A stretch of DNA of 63,105 nucleotides, counting the filler, from a bacterium (lineage in GTDB: Bacteria; UBP15; UBA6099; JAJRTR01): NCBI GenBank assembly GCA_024278215.1. It is 5 parts of 5 records of this genome, joined end to end, with 100 filler letters (N's around TTAATTAATTAA, not from the genome) between each part and the next. Parts side by side here need not be neighbours in the genome. Positions count along the whole stretch, not along the records: positions 1 to 22,426 come from JAJRTR010000096.1; 4 more parts are not named here. The stretch is one strand, 5' to 3'. Shown in pieces: positions 1 to 9,481 of the stretch. The position numbers and the translations under genes are program-made. The number at the start of each line of letters is the position of its first letter. Within the stretch, counting starts at the first letter, position 1. The notes beneath the pieces were generated by a model. It had not been told where the DNA came from and did no database searches. It was given only the letters and a program-made list of their open reading frames with translations.

Positions 1-157
1 CACGCGCGCCCTCGAGCGGTTTGTCCGGGCCGTATTTCTCCCTCGTGGCCATCAGGCCGGGCATCTCGTGCTCGGCTATCGCTATTTCTTTCCTGCCGAA
101 TTCGGCAAGCGCTATATCCTTAATAACGTAATCCTCTTTTGTCGATGTTGTCGCCAT
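1..157 (-). CDS. ahcY: S-adenosylhomocysteine hydrolase, N-terminal part (runs off window start)
   Basis: Manual translation [53 protein letters not shown] matches the AhcY N-terminus; GGAGG RBS upstream. Confidence 0.9.
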   Translation of the reverse strand, partial: MATTSTKEDYVIKDIALAEFGRKEIAIAEHEMPGLMATREKYGPDKPLEGAR

Positions 158-184
158 TCGTATTCCCTCCGTTTTATTATTTAC

Positions 185-304
185 TGATCTTGTGCGAATA
201 CAGATGTTTTGTAAGAATTTCGGGGATATGACCGGAATTTGCCCTTTAATTCCGGATCGCGTCCCCAGAAAATTCTGCACATGTTTCAATAACGCACAAG
301 TTCC
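185..304. repeat. ~120-bp palindromic MITE-like repeat (family B), copy 1
   Basis: Closely similar to reverse complement of 58061-58177; ends CTTGTGCG...CGCACAAG; long internal stem AGAATTTCGGGG..CCGGAATT/AATTCCGG..CCCCAGAAAATTCT. Confidence 0.75.
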
Positions 305-305
305 A

Positions 306-1067
306 TTATTTACACTGGCCGGGTACGCCGGTGTCTGAAGTCCCTTTCGGCTCGAATATCTTCACCGGGTTTCGAGCACCGCGGATTACGGCCTCGCCGC
401 ACTCTTCAAATCTCTCTGCCCCTGCCCGGTCGGCGACTTTCTCCGTAACGCCGATGCCGCCCGCACATTTCTCCGCGATCCATTGCATTGCGATAAACGC
501 CGTGTTCACAGGTTCGCCGATAATGTCTGTATTCGAATAGTCGGGATGCCCGATGATGCCGAGAAATATTTCACCCGTATTCAGGGAAACGACAAGGTCG
601 GGCTGATCGAGTATCTTTTTCGCATAGAGCGCCGCGTCGACGGCGCGTCCGGAATGCCGGGCTCCTGTAAAGAAGCCCAGGAATCCGTCGCCGACATATT
701 TCACCGGCACACCGTCGAACCGCATCACGGCTTCCGTGATCGGGGAAAAAATGCTGTTCACCCAGTCGGCCACCTCGCGCGGCGGCATAGTCGCCGCCCT
801 TACAGCGAAACCGTTGAGCGTGGTGCAGAAAACCGTTGCCTCGAACGTGTCTGTGTGAGCGGAAGTGCCGCCGAGCAGCCATTCGATGCTGACGCCCAGC
901 AGCCCGGCAAGGTCCACAAGCATGGCGATGTCGGGGGCATTTCCACCGCGCTCCCACTTGGAAACCGCCTGCGCGCTTATCTGCAACGCCCTCGCGATGT
1001 CCGACTGCCTGAGCCCGAGTATCTCACGTCTCGATTTTATTCTGGAGCCGAGTTTAGCGATGTCCAT
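306..1067 (-). CDS. XRE-family HTH fused to a degenerate class III adenylate/guanylate cyclase domain
   Basis: [23 protein letters not shown] (XRE HTH); [11 protein letters not shown] and IIGEPVNTA cyclase motifs; start taken at MDIAK (1067). Confidence 0.85.
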   Translation of the reverse strand: MDIAKLGSRIKSRREILGLRQSDIARALQISAQAVSKWERGGNAPDIAMLVDLAGLLGVSIEWLLGGTSAHTDTFEATVFCTTLNGFAVRAATMPPREVADWVNSIFSPITEAVMRFDGVPVKYVGDGFLGFFTGARHSGRAVDAALYAKKILDQPDLVVSLNTGEIFLGIIGHPDYSNTDIIGEPVNTAFIAMQWIAEKCAGGIGVTEKVADRAGAERFEECGEAVIRGARNPVKIFEPKGTSDTGVPGQCK

Positions 1068-1073
1068 GCTTTT

Positions 1074-1103
1074 ATTGTACAGAGTGCCTGTTACATATTG
1101 CAA
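1074..1103 (-). promoter_or_regulatory. sigma70-like promoter, predicted leaderless transcript of the XRE-cyclase gene
   Basis: Minus strand TTGCAA-N18-TACAAT with the ATG A 7 nt downstream; no RBS. Confidence 0.5.
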
Positions 1104-1381
1104 TAACCGGGTGGTTGAATCAGGTGGCGCAGTTGTTGACAAATGTGGGGCACCCGGGAAGCAAGTTGGTGGATACCATACATTCATAGTATCTCATCAG
1201 AGCCTTGTTTACCCTGCATATTTCACCGATACGGGCTAAAAATCGGGAGAAAGCCATTAATACAAGGCACGGCAAGTGAGTGGTGAGGGAGCATACTGCA
1301 TGTATGTGCCCGATCCCGAAGCGCCTCCGCAACGCAGTAAAATAGATGTTATCACGATTTTCCGGATTTCTTTGTGAGAAA

Positions 1382-1655
1382 TCCGGGTTGCAAACCGGGC
1401 GCTTCGCAGCTTCATGCCAGGCAAAACCAGCGTCCAGGTCGGCAGAATCATTAAAAGACTCAGAACCCACGGTATCGTCAAAAAAATCTGCAAGCGTTAC
1501 AAATGCTATCTCACCAGGCTCGGTCTTCGTGTTGTTACTACCACTCTCAAGCTCAGAGAAACTGTTGTCATTCCTTTTCTTAATCTTTTTGGCGCTACCG
1601 TGTGATTCTATTTTCTTTATCATCTTGCGTAGAATTTCAGTCGCAAGACACTATA
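1382..1655 (+). mobile_element. Remnant: C-terminal winged-helix part of an IS-associated protein plus putative element end
   Basis: MPGKTSVQVGRIIKRLRTHGIVKKICKRYKCYLTRLG resembles C-termini of IS-associated MarR-like annotated proteins (from memory); followed by hairpin TCTTGCG..CGCAAGA and GACACTA end. Confidence 0.4.
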
Positions 1656-1712
1656 ATATAGGAAACGACCTTATGATTGAATTATAAGGCAGCATGTTAA
1701 GAGGAATATATA

Positions 1713-2330
1713 ATGGCACCAAGTTTAAGAAAATGGTTGACACAGACCATAACTGTCTCACAAAAGCATGAGTTTGCGGAAGGATATGAGCCGCCATTAC
1801 CCGCAACCGCGAACTATCCATTTCAATATATCAAGGAAGTTGAAGTGCACGGTAGAAAAATGAGGTTCAGACCTGTCAGGTCCGACGACGACGACCTGAT
1901 GCTGAATCTTTTCACTACATTTTCAGAGGAAACGATATATCACAGGTTTTTCACTCACGTTACGATGACGCCTTCAAGAGTTAAGCGGTTTACGCATATA
2001 GACTACAGGGATCAGATGGCGATTGTAGCAGTGCATAAAAACGACGGTGAAAGGCAACTTCTGGGCGTAGTCAGATATGCCGCGATGAGAGAGAAAAAAG
2101 GATGGGCGGAAATGGCGATTGTTGTCGGCGATCCGTGGCAGAGGATGGGGATCGGTTCCCGGCTGCTGCGGTACCTGGTAGAAGTTGCCAGGAACGAAGG
2201 TTATGAGGGATTGATCGGATTCGTTCATTACGAAAATCAGGGCGTTGATAAATTGTTCAGGAAGCTTGATATGCCTTTCAAGGAAAAAGATACCGGCACA
2301 GAAGTAATGTATGAAATTCCATTGAAGTAG
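1713..2330 (+). CDS. GNAT family N-acetyltransferase (Pat-like GNAT domain)
   Basis: FSEETIYHRFF, HIDYRDQMAIVA, AEMAIVVGDPWQRMGIGSRLL motifs. Confidence 0.85.
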   Translation: MAPSLRKWLTQTITVSQKHEFAEGYEPPLPATANYPFQYIKEVEVHGRKMRFRPVRSDDDDLMLNLFTTFSEETIYHRFFTHVTMTPSRVKRFTHIDYRDQMAIVAVHKNDGERQLLGVVRYAAMREKKGWAEMAIVVGDPWQRMGIGSRLLRYLVEVARNEGYEGLIGFVHYENQGVDKLFRKLDMPFKEKDTGTEVMYEIPLK

Positions 2331-2333
2331 AAT

Positions 2334-3314
2334 TCAATAATCTATTTTATATGTTGTCATGACACCGAGATGGTCAGAAGGGTAGAGCGCATCGGAGTTT
2401 GGCTGGTTGAAACATACGACCGAATCGAGGATTTTTACTTTTATATTGCTTTCCGGTAACCTGTAAAATACAAAATCTATGCGGTTGCGAAAATCCTGTG
2501 TGAAGTCTCCTTTAACCATGCTGACCGGCGATGTATTGCCGTGTTTTTCCGTGTACTCCGCGCCGTGCAGCGTTTTGTACGAGTCGATGAATCCGGCGTC
2601 TTCAATAATATGTATTGTTTCCGAATCGTCGCTGGAGTTCATGTCGCCGGTGAGAAAAGTCAGCAGACCCGCATCGAGTTTATCCGCCATCTCGACAATC
2701 ATACGAGCCTGCGGAGCGCGCACTTCGTCGCCGCCCCTGTTGTGCAGATGAGTGTTGTACATGTCGACGCTGAGTCCTTCGCCGATCTTCACCCGCGCAA
2801 GTAACACAATTCTTCCTTCGTTGATGGCTCTCGATGATTTCTTTTCAATCGGATAGCGGCTGAATATTGCGATTCCTTCTCCATTTATTGCATGAAAACC
2901 TGTCTTGAGTTTTTCATAGAAAGTGTAATGGAGACCTTTTTCGGGTCCGCCTCTTTTATTGATCAACCCCAGCAGGGTTCGCGACTGTCCGATGCCGATG
3001 AGGACCTCTTGCAGCCCGATCAGGTCCGGCTCGAGCCTGACTATTTCATCTGCTATCATGGGAAACCGTTCTTCCCAGTAGTCTTTGTTGTGGCGGATAT
3101 TTATCGTCATAACCTTCAGCGTCGCGGAGTGCGCATTGATTTGTGAAGCAGGATCCCGGGCCGCATTTGCCGTTGCCGAAACAAGCGGAATAAACATCAG
3201 CATCATAATAAATGCGGAAGACATGAAAATATTTTTGACAATTGGCAATGGGAACTGCTTGATAATGTCTTCACGACTTAACGTGTGCAAGTTCGGGATG
3301 TTATCCTTTTTCAT
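2334..3314 (-). CDS. Endonuclease/exonuclease/phosphatase family protein, probably exported
   Basis: MTINIR, PDLIGLQEV, NTHL, TGDMNS, RIDFVF, PSDH motifs; N-terminal hydrophobic segment. Confidence 0.9.
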   Translation of the reverse strand: MKKDNIPNLHTLSREDIIKQFPLPIVKNIFMSSAFIMMLMFIPLVSATANAARDPASQINAHSATLKVMTINIRHNKDYWEERFPMIADEIVRLEPDLIGLQEVLIGIGQSRTLLGLINKRGGPEKGLHYTFYEKLKTGFHAINGEGIAIFSRYPIEKKSSRAINEGRIVLLARVKIGEGLSVDMYNTHLHNRGGDEVRAPQARMIVEMADKLDAGLLTFLTGDMNSSDDSETIHIIEDAGFIDSYKTLHGAEYTEKHGNTSPVSMVKGDFTQDFRNRIDFVFYRLPESNIKVKILDSVVCFNQPNSDALYPSDHLGVMTTYKIDY

Positions 3315-4038
3315 CGTTTCCGGGGAGGTAAAGGATTCGACCGCAACGCTGGCATTTTACTATTTCGTCGTTATATTTGAGACGCTCTATTGTCGCCGCG
3401 CTGACCTCGACGAAACAGCCGTCGCATACGTAATCGTCAACCGAAGCAATCGCGACACCATCGTTTTCCTTCTGTAGTCTCTGGTACAGAGCGAGTAGTT
3501 TCTTATCCTCGAAATTCTTAAACTTCATTCTTTCTTTTTTCAGTTCATCAATCCTTGTGGTGAGTGTTTTCTTTTCTTCTTCTCTTTCCCTGGTAATGTT
3601 CTCGAATTCCTCCTGTATTTCCTCGAGTTGCGCGATGATATCTCTTTTCTTTGTTTCGATATTGTCGAGTTCGATCTGTTTCATTATCTTCTCGTCCTCG
3701 TGTTTTTTCATCAGTTTGCCGATCTGTTCGCGTTTCACCTGAAGTGCCTGAAGCATTTTCGGGTCGGAACTCGACTCGGGCGAAAAGAGTTTTTCCTCGC
3801 AATCTTTTCTGTCCTCGAGATGTTTAACATTTTCGGCGTCAAGCATTTCGATGTCTTTCTTTATCGGTTCTTGTTCCTTATTGTGCTTTTCAAGTCTCGC
3901 TGTCAGCATCTTATGCTTTTTCTGGATAGGAGATTCTTCTTTCTGCAGGATTCTGACTCTCCTGAGATTCTCGATTATCTCATTATCCAGCAACTGCAAC
4001 TCATAAAGTTTCGAAAGCTTCTCTGTCATAGTCGGCAT
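3301..4038 (-). CDS. Coiled-coil protein with C-terminal C4 zinc ribbon (CT398/HP0958-like)
   Basis: LYELQLLD start, long coiled coil, CDGC...CQRCGRILY. Confidence 0.85.
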   Translation of the reverse strand: MPTMTEKLSKLYELQLLDNEIIENLRRVRILQKEESPIQKKHKMLTARLEKHNKEQEPIKKDIEMLDAENVKHLEDRKDCEEKLFSPESSSDPKMLQALQVKREQIGKLMKKHEDEKIMKQIELDNIETKKRDIIAQLEEIQEEFENITREREEEKKTLTTRIDELKKERMKFKNFEDKKLLALYQRLQKENDGVAIASVDDYVCDGCFVEVSAATIERLKYNDEIVKCQRCGRILYLPGNDEKG

Positions 4039-4229
4039 GTTGTTTCCTCCATAGAAACCGCCGGTGGTGTATGTTAACCGCCCGGGTGACGCAGTAAAAT
4101 AGCGTGATCTAAAGTATAGTTCTTTAAGGTGTCCTTTTCAATGTTGCGATTTTACATAATCATAAAAGAAAATATTCGTTGTCAACAGACGTGGAATGTG
4201 GTAAAATCCAAATGGGAGAATATACCGTT

Positions 4230-5543
4230 ATGAATCTTATGTCAATAGTGCCTCAATCATTTTTCAGCTTCGGTGATGTACTGTCGGGCGACAGGTCTAT
4301 GACAGGAATTTTCTTCCATGCTTCGCAACAACTTGCTCATCGAAAAGAAACGGACAGGAACGACCTCTTTGTCAACAGAATCAATGCGAGAGTAAGTGAT
4401 CTGAAGGATAAGGCTACAGAGATGTACGATGGGAACCCGGGCAGGAAGCTGTTCGAGGCGCGGGCGGTAAGTTCAGCCAACAACAGGGTAGTCACGGGCG
4501 AGGCGCGCGACAGCGCTTTCCTGTCGAGATTCAATATCAAAGTTAAAAGGACAGCCACATCGCAGGCTGTGGTTTCAGACGTTTTTAAGCGCAGTGAATC
4601 CATGGGCCTGACACGCACCTTCTACGATTTCTCCGTCAACAGGGGCTACGGCGACAGCGAGCGGATACGTGTCAATATCAGGCTGGACGATACGAATAAA
4701 GAGGTTCTGAACAAAGTCGCAGATGCGATAAACGATGCAGGCATAGGGATTTCCGCGGAAGTGCAGGAGAACTTTCAGGCACGCACAGTACGTCTCGAGA
4801 TCGAGGGCATCGACCGGTCGGAAATGAGTTCCATCGCGCTTAAAGACGAAAGCGGCGACCTGCTGAAACGCCTGGGTATCAGCACCAGCCAGTACTCGGA
4901 CAACTCGACCGGTGGCCTGAACCCCGTTGTCGGCGATGCGCTCGTCGAGATAAACGGTCAGGAGTTCACAAGCGATTCCAACAGGATTTATCTGTACGAC
5001 GGCACACTGATATACAATGAAGACTTGGTTTCCACGAAAAATGCGGAAGGCGGTTTCAGAGGCAACTACAGGGCAACATTTGATCTCAAGGGCACCAATA
5101 TTGAAGATATACAGACCGATATCACGAAAGACAACGATAAGATCGCGGCAGGTATTGAAGACTTCTACGGCTCTTTCAACCGGACAATTGATACAATGGA
5201 TTACTCGCCCGTGTTCGCTTACGCGTCGACTTCGAATTATCTCAACAACATTATGGAACGCAACGCGAACGACCTGGCCGACGCCGGAGTGACGAGCGAA
5301 CAGATAAGTGAAAAAGAAAAGGAATACCGCGTGGGAAGTGAGAAGCTTCTCGACAGTTTACGAAACAACTTCAGTGACCTGAAAGATTTATTTGCCGGTG
5401 CAGGTGGAATTGCTCAGAAATCGCTTTTCGGCATCGATAAGCTTACCTTTGCGCCCATGATCGGGTTCAGCATTTTTGAAGCGGACGCAAAACCGACGAA
5501 TTATTTCTACGCTTCGGGATTTCTTTTCGACGGCCACTTCTGA
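4230..5543 (+). CDS. FliD-like flagellar cap family protein (divergent)
   Basis: FNIKVKRTATSQ, DALVEINGQEFTSDSN, IEDFYGSFN segments resemble FliD; start uncertain. Confidence 0.55.
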   Translation: MNLMSIVPQSFFSFGDVLSGDRSMTGIFFHASQQLAHRKETDRNDLFVNRINARVSDLKDKATEMYDGNPGRKLFEARAVSSANNRVVTGEARDSAFLSRFNIKVKRTATSQAVVSDVFKRSESMGLTRTFYDFSVNRGYGDSERIRVNIRLDDTNKEVLNKVADAINDAGIGISAEVQENFQARTVRLEIEGIDRSEMSSIALKDESGDLLKRLGISTSQYSDNSTGGLNPVVGDALVEINGQEFTSDSNRIYLYDGTLIYNEDLVSTKNAEGGFRGNYRATFDLKGTNIEDIQTDITKDNDKIAAGIEDFYGSFNRTIDTMDYSPVFAYASTSNYLNNIMERNANDLADAGVTSEQISEKEKEYRVGSEKLLDSLRNNFSDLKDLFAGAGGIAQKSLFGIDKLTFAPMIGFSIFEADAKPTNYFYASGFLFDGHF

Positions 5544-5660
5544 TTTTTCAACTCTATCAAAATTCCATTGAAAAACATGAAATTATTTTATGCGTCGAAG
5601 TGTCGCGATTCAGTATCTCTGGGTATTGTATCCAAAACGGGTCGACCGGAGTTTTATTAC

Positions 5661-8093
5661 ATGATGAATGAGGGCAACGAGATAAACGAACACAAAGCCG
5701 TTCCGCGGGAGCAGACGCATGGGCCGGCCCGGCTGATCCATATCATGATCCCGGTCTTCTGTTTTCTCGTCACCACGGTCTTCCTTGCGAGCGCACTGAA
5801 CCCGTTCCTGCCGGTGAAAACATTTCTGCTTCAATTGACAGTTGTGGGAGGCCTGCTGGTGTGGGCCTACGAAGCCCTGCTCGAGGGGCGGCTCAGGGTC
5901 GTCAGGACTCCGGTTGATATTTTTTTAATCATTTTCCTTCTGTGGATCGGCATCACAGGCCTCTATGCGGCGAACCGTCCGCTGTGGCTCGAACAGTTGA
6001 CACTGCAATTGTGCGGAGCGGCGCTTTTCTATTTCATCGTTTTCTATTTTCGAGACAGTCTTGCTGTCGAAAAACTGATTTTCTATATGCTGATACCAGT
6101 TTTCGTAGTGGGCGCACTCGCGATATTTGATCTTAAAGCAATGAGTTTTTTTCCATGGGATTTGCTGCTTGTCAACAATCATTACTCGGTTTTTAAGTTG
6201 CTTGGAGTAGACGGTACGGTGCCTGGCACATGGGACGGCAACTTCGACGGGCGCGTATCGGCGAGTTTCGGCAACCCGGTGTATCTGGCGGGGTGGGTTG
6301 TGCTGATGCTGCCCGCGGCCTGGTCTGTCTACAAATCTTCGGAGTCACCGGTGCGAAGGACCGTATCACTCGCCGCGGTTGTGGTTCTCCTTTTCCTGCT
6401 TATCGTTACATTCACGAGAAGCGCATGGGGCAGCGCACTGATTTCGCTGGCTGTGTACAGGCTGTTGACGAGACGCCGCCGCCACAGCCGTTGCGCCGAA
6501 CCGTCGCGCCAGCTCGGCACTGTTGTAATTGTGATCGCACTCATTTTCTTTGCGCTGATGTTTGCGAAGAAAGGTGTGTTTAATCCCAACTTCTCGATCG
6601 CCGGGAGACTGTCGAGTATCGTGAAGACGGGCGACGAAAGCCAGTTGCAGCGTGCACTGATATGGAAAACCACCTGGGAAACGATAAAAGACAATCCGCT
6701 CAAGGGCGTGGGGCTGGGCAACTACCAGGTGTTTCACCCATGGTACCAGACACAATTCTTCAAAGACGGATTCTGGCGCGAATATGTAAGTTTTCCGGAG
6801 CGGGTGCATAACGAGTACATGGAATTGACCGCCGAAACAGGCGTGCCGGGACTGATCCTGTACATCGCATTAATAGCCGCGATTATCCGAACAGGGTTTA
6901 AAGCACTGTCGAGCGAAGGCCGCCGGGGCGAACTTGCTACCGGCATACTTTCCGGTTTTGTGGCGCTTCTGCTGTACGCGCTGTTCCAGTTTCCGATGCA
7001 CATTGTGCCGGTTCACAGCTATTTCTGGATAATGGCCGGTGCGCTGGTTGTGCTGGGGCATGGCGACAGTCTTTGCCCATCCTTAATCGTCATAAGAACT
7101 CCGGGTCGCAGCCGCGAAAAAGTCATTGCTATGGTTACATTCACTGTGATGTTCCTTCTCTGCGCATGGAGCCTCTTTACACCGACCCTGGGTCATATTT
7201 CCTTTTTCAGGGGAATAAGAGCTGAAAATACGGATGATATAAATAGGGCGGCGCGCCTTATGGAAAACGGCATCGCGTCCAACCCCGGCAGCAGGGAGAT
7301 GTATATCAGGTATGGCGCAAAACTGAACGCGTTCGCCGACAGTACGCAGGGAACCTGGGAACGCAAAATGTTGTTGGAGAAAGCAAGGAACATGTCTATT
7401 CAGGGAATGAAATATCATCCCTACGAAGAGAGACTGTACCTGAACGCCGGTGCGGCGTCGATATCGCTGGGAGAACCTGAAAAAGCCAGGCTGATGCTTG
7501 AATATGCAACCGTTTTGAATCCATCGGACCCGGTTGCTATTTACAATCTGGGGATTGCCTATTACATGATGTCAATGTATAATAACGCGAAATATATATA
7601 TGGTAAAAGCATTGAAACGGGAACCGTAGTGCCGGGCGCGTACCTGAATCTGGGACGTGTCCACAGCGCGTTGGGGGAACACAAAGAGGCACTCGAAGCA
7701 TATCGCAAAGCATTAGAAGAACAGGGCGTTTCCGGGGATGTCTACTACAGTATGGGGCTGTCCTACTCGGCAATGGGCAACAGAGAAGAAGCTGTCTCCT
7801 GCTACAGAAAAGCACTTGCCGCCGATCCTGACAACATGGACGCTCTTGGTAATCTTGGCATTGAGAAACTGGAATCGGGCGATTACGACGGGGCTTTGCG
7901 CGACCTCGGAAAGGTGCTCGGCTCGCGACCTGATTCCGGTATTGCTATGTACCACATCGGACGAGCATACTACCGTATGGGGAATATGAACGCGGCGGAA
8001 ACCTGGCTGAAAAACGCGGCGGTTGAACTGCCCGGACATGAAGGAATAAATAAGTTGCTGAACAGTATCGTAAGAAAGGGAATAAGTGAATGA
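5661..8093 (+). CDS. O-antigen ligase (Wzy_C) family membrane protein with C-terminal TPR repeats
   Basis: Multiple TM helices, ASFGNPVYLAG, TFTRSAW, GVGLGNY, HNEYMELTAETG; TPR array in C-terminal part. Confidence 0.9.
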   Translation: MMNEGNEINEHKAVPREQTHGPARLIHIMIPVFCFLVTTVFLASALNPFLPVKTFLLQLTVVGGLLVWAYEALLEGRLRVVRTPVDIFLIIFLLWIGITGLYAANRPLWLEQLTLQLCGAALFYFIVFYFRDSLAVEKLIFYMLIPVFVVGALAIFDLKAMSFFPWDLLLVNNHYSVFKLLGVDGTVPGTWDGNFDGRVSASFGNPVYLAGWVVLMLPAAWSVYKSSESPVRRTVSLAAVVVLLFLLIVTFTRSAWGSALISLAVYRLLTRRRRHSRCAEPSRQLGTVVIVIALIFFALMFAKKGVFNPNFSIAGRLSSIVKTGDESQLQRALIWKTTWETIKDNPLKGVGLGNYQVFHPWYQTQFFKDGFWREYVSFPERVHNEYMELTAETGVPGLILYIALIAAIIRTGFKALSSEGRRGELATGILSGFVALLLYALFQFPMHIVPVHSYFWIMAGALVVLGHGDSLCPSLIVIRTPGRSREKVIAMVTFTVMFLLCAWSLFTPTLGHISFFRGIRAENTDDINRAARLMENGIASNPGSREMYIRYGAKLNAFADSTQGTWERKMLLEKARNMSIQGMKYHPYEERLYLNAGAASISLGEPEKARLMLEYATVLNPSDPVAIYNLGIAYYMMSMYNNAKYIYGKSIETGTVVPGAYLNLGRVHSALGEHKEALEAYRKALEEQGVSGDVYYSMGLSYSAMGNREEAVSCYRKALAADPDNMDALGNLGIEKLESGDYDGALRDLGKVLGSRPDSGIAMYHIGRAYYRMGNMNAAETWLKNAAVELPGHEGINKLLNSIVRKGISE

Positions 8094-9481
8094 GAAGTAA
8101 AAATCTCTTTCCGGCATTTTTATTTTTGTTGCTTGTGCTTCTATTTAACTTCGGGATTCGTGCGGCACAGGCTTCCGATATAAATTATGACCAGAAAATA
8201 ACGCTTAATTTAAAAAACGCCGAAATAACGGACGTATTCAGACTGATTGCCGAACAGAACGATCTGAACATAGTTGTATCCCCGTCCATAAAGGGGCGAA
8301 TCAGCCTCAGACTTTCAGATGTAACACTCCGGGAAGCTATCGATGTAATACTTGATGCTGTCGGCGCAAGGATAGAAGAAACCGAAAATATCATGCACAT
8401 TTACTCCATCGGCGAACGCGACGCGCTGGACACCAAAAAGGGCCAGATGGTCACCGAGATTTTCACGGTAAACTATATAAAAGTATCCACGCTTCTTTCA
8501 ATCATACAGGATTTCCTCAGCATCGAAGGCAAAGCAAAGTCCTACAAGCGGGCGAAAGGCAGCAACCCGCCTATGATTATTGTTCAGGATTACCCTGAAA
8601 AAGTCGAAGCGGTAAGAAAACTGTACGAAAAACTCGACACGGAAACACGGCAGGTAATGATCGACACGAAAATCATAGAAACCGGTTTCCAGAATGTTGA
8701 CTTGAAGGGAGTCGACTGGACAATCGGCGCGTCATTCCAGGGGTCACCTGTAGGGATAGACACGAAATATGGAGGTGCCTCCGGGAAAATCGACTACGGA
8801 ACCCTCAGCTTCAGCGCATTCAATGCGGTGTACCAGAGATTGATGGAAGACAACAGCACAAATGTTCTTTCCGACGCAAAGCTGGCAGTCCTCGACGGCG
8901 AGAACTCCCACATTCATGTTGGCGATACAATACCTGTAGGGCTCAACACAATAAGCTCCGGCGCAGGCGGTACGGTGAACTACGGAACCACAAATATACA
9001 GAAATGGGAGATCGGAGTTACCGTCGATGTGACACCCACAGTGATCGACAACAACCTCATAAGGATGAAAATCCAACCGGAAGTCAGCAGTTTGCAAGGG
9101 TATAACAACACAGGCCAGAATCAGGACAACTACAATAACAACACCACCAACAATTCAAATGCTCCTATCACCTCGTCGCGTTATGTCGACACCCAGATTA
9201 TCATCCGGTCGGGCGAAACAATCGTCATCGGCGGCCTCGTCCAGGATTCCGTGTCGACACGCGAAAGGAAAGTTCCGGTTCTCGCCGAGTTACCGCTGAT
9301 AGGCAGCGTTTTCAGAAGAAAAGATGTTCAGAAGAGAAAAACGAACATGATCATATTCATAACCGGCAGGATTATCGCGCTCAAGGGCGATGCCTATACC
9401 CGGCCTGAAGACACACAATACAAGCCCGCTGCCGGCGAGAACGACAGGGAGGCTCTGGATAAATTCCTCGAATACAAATGA
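8090..9481 (+). CDS. Outer-membrane secretin (PilQ/GspD-like)
   Basis: Signal peptide, ITLNLKNAEITDVFRLIA, QVMIDTKIIE, GETIVIGGL, KVPVLAELPLIGSVFR. Confidence 0.9.
   Translation: MRSKNLFPAFLFLLLVLLFNFGIRAAQASDINYDQKITLNLKNAEITDVFRLIAEQNDLNIVVSPSIKGRISLRLSDVTLREAIDVILDAVGARIEETENIMHIYSIGERDALDTKKGQMVTEIFTVNYIKVSTLLSIIQDFLSIEGKAKSYKRAKGSNPPMIIVQDYPEKVEAVRKLYEKLDTETRQVMIDTKIIETGFQNVDLKGVDWTIGASFQGSPVGIDTKYGGASGKIDYGTLSFSAFNAVYQRLMEDNSTNVLSDAKLAVLDGENSHIHVGDTIPVGLNTISSGAGGTVNYGTTNIQKWEIGVTVDVTPTVIDNNLIRMKIQPEVSSLQGYNNTGQNQDNYNNNTTNNSNAPITSSRYVDTQIIIRSGETIVIGGLVQDSVSTRERKVPVLAELPLIGSVFRRKDVQKRKTNMIIFITGRIIALKGDAYTRPEDTQYKPAAGENDREALDKFLEYK

Noticed and set aside
158-305. SAH riboswitch upstream of ahcY
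   Set aside because: No GAGGAGCG/CCAGGCTC-like core seen; the hairpin is a dispersed repeat also found at 58061-58177.
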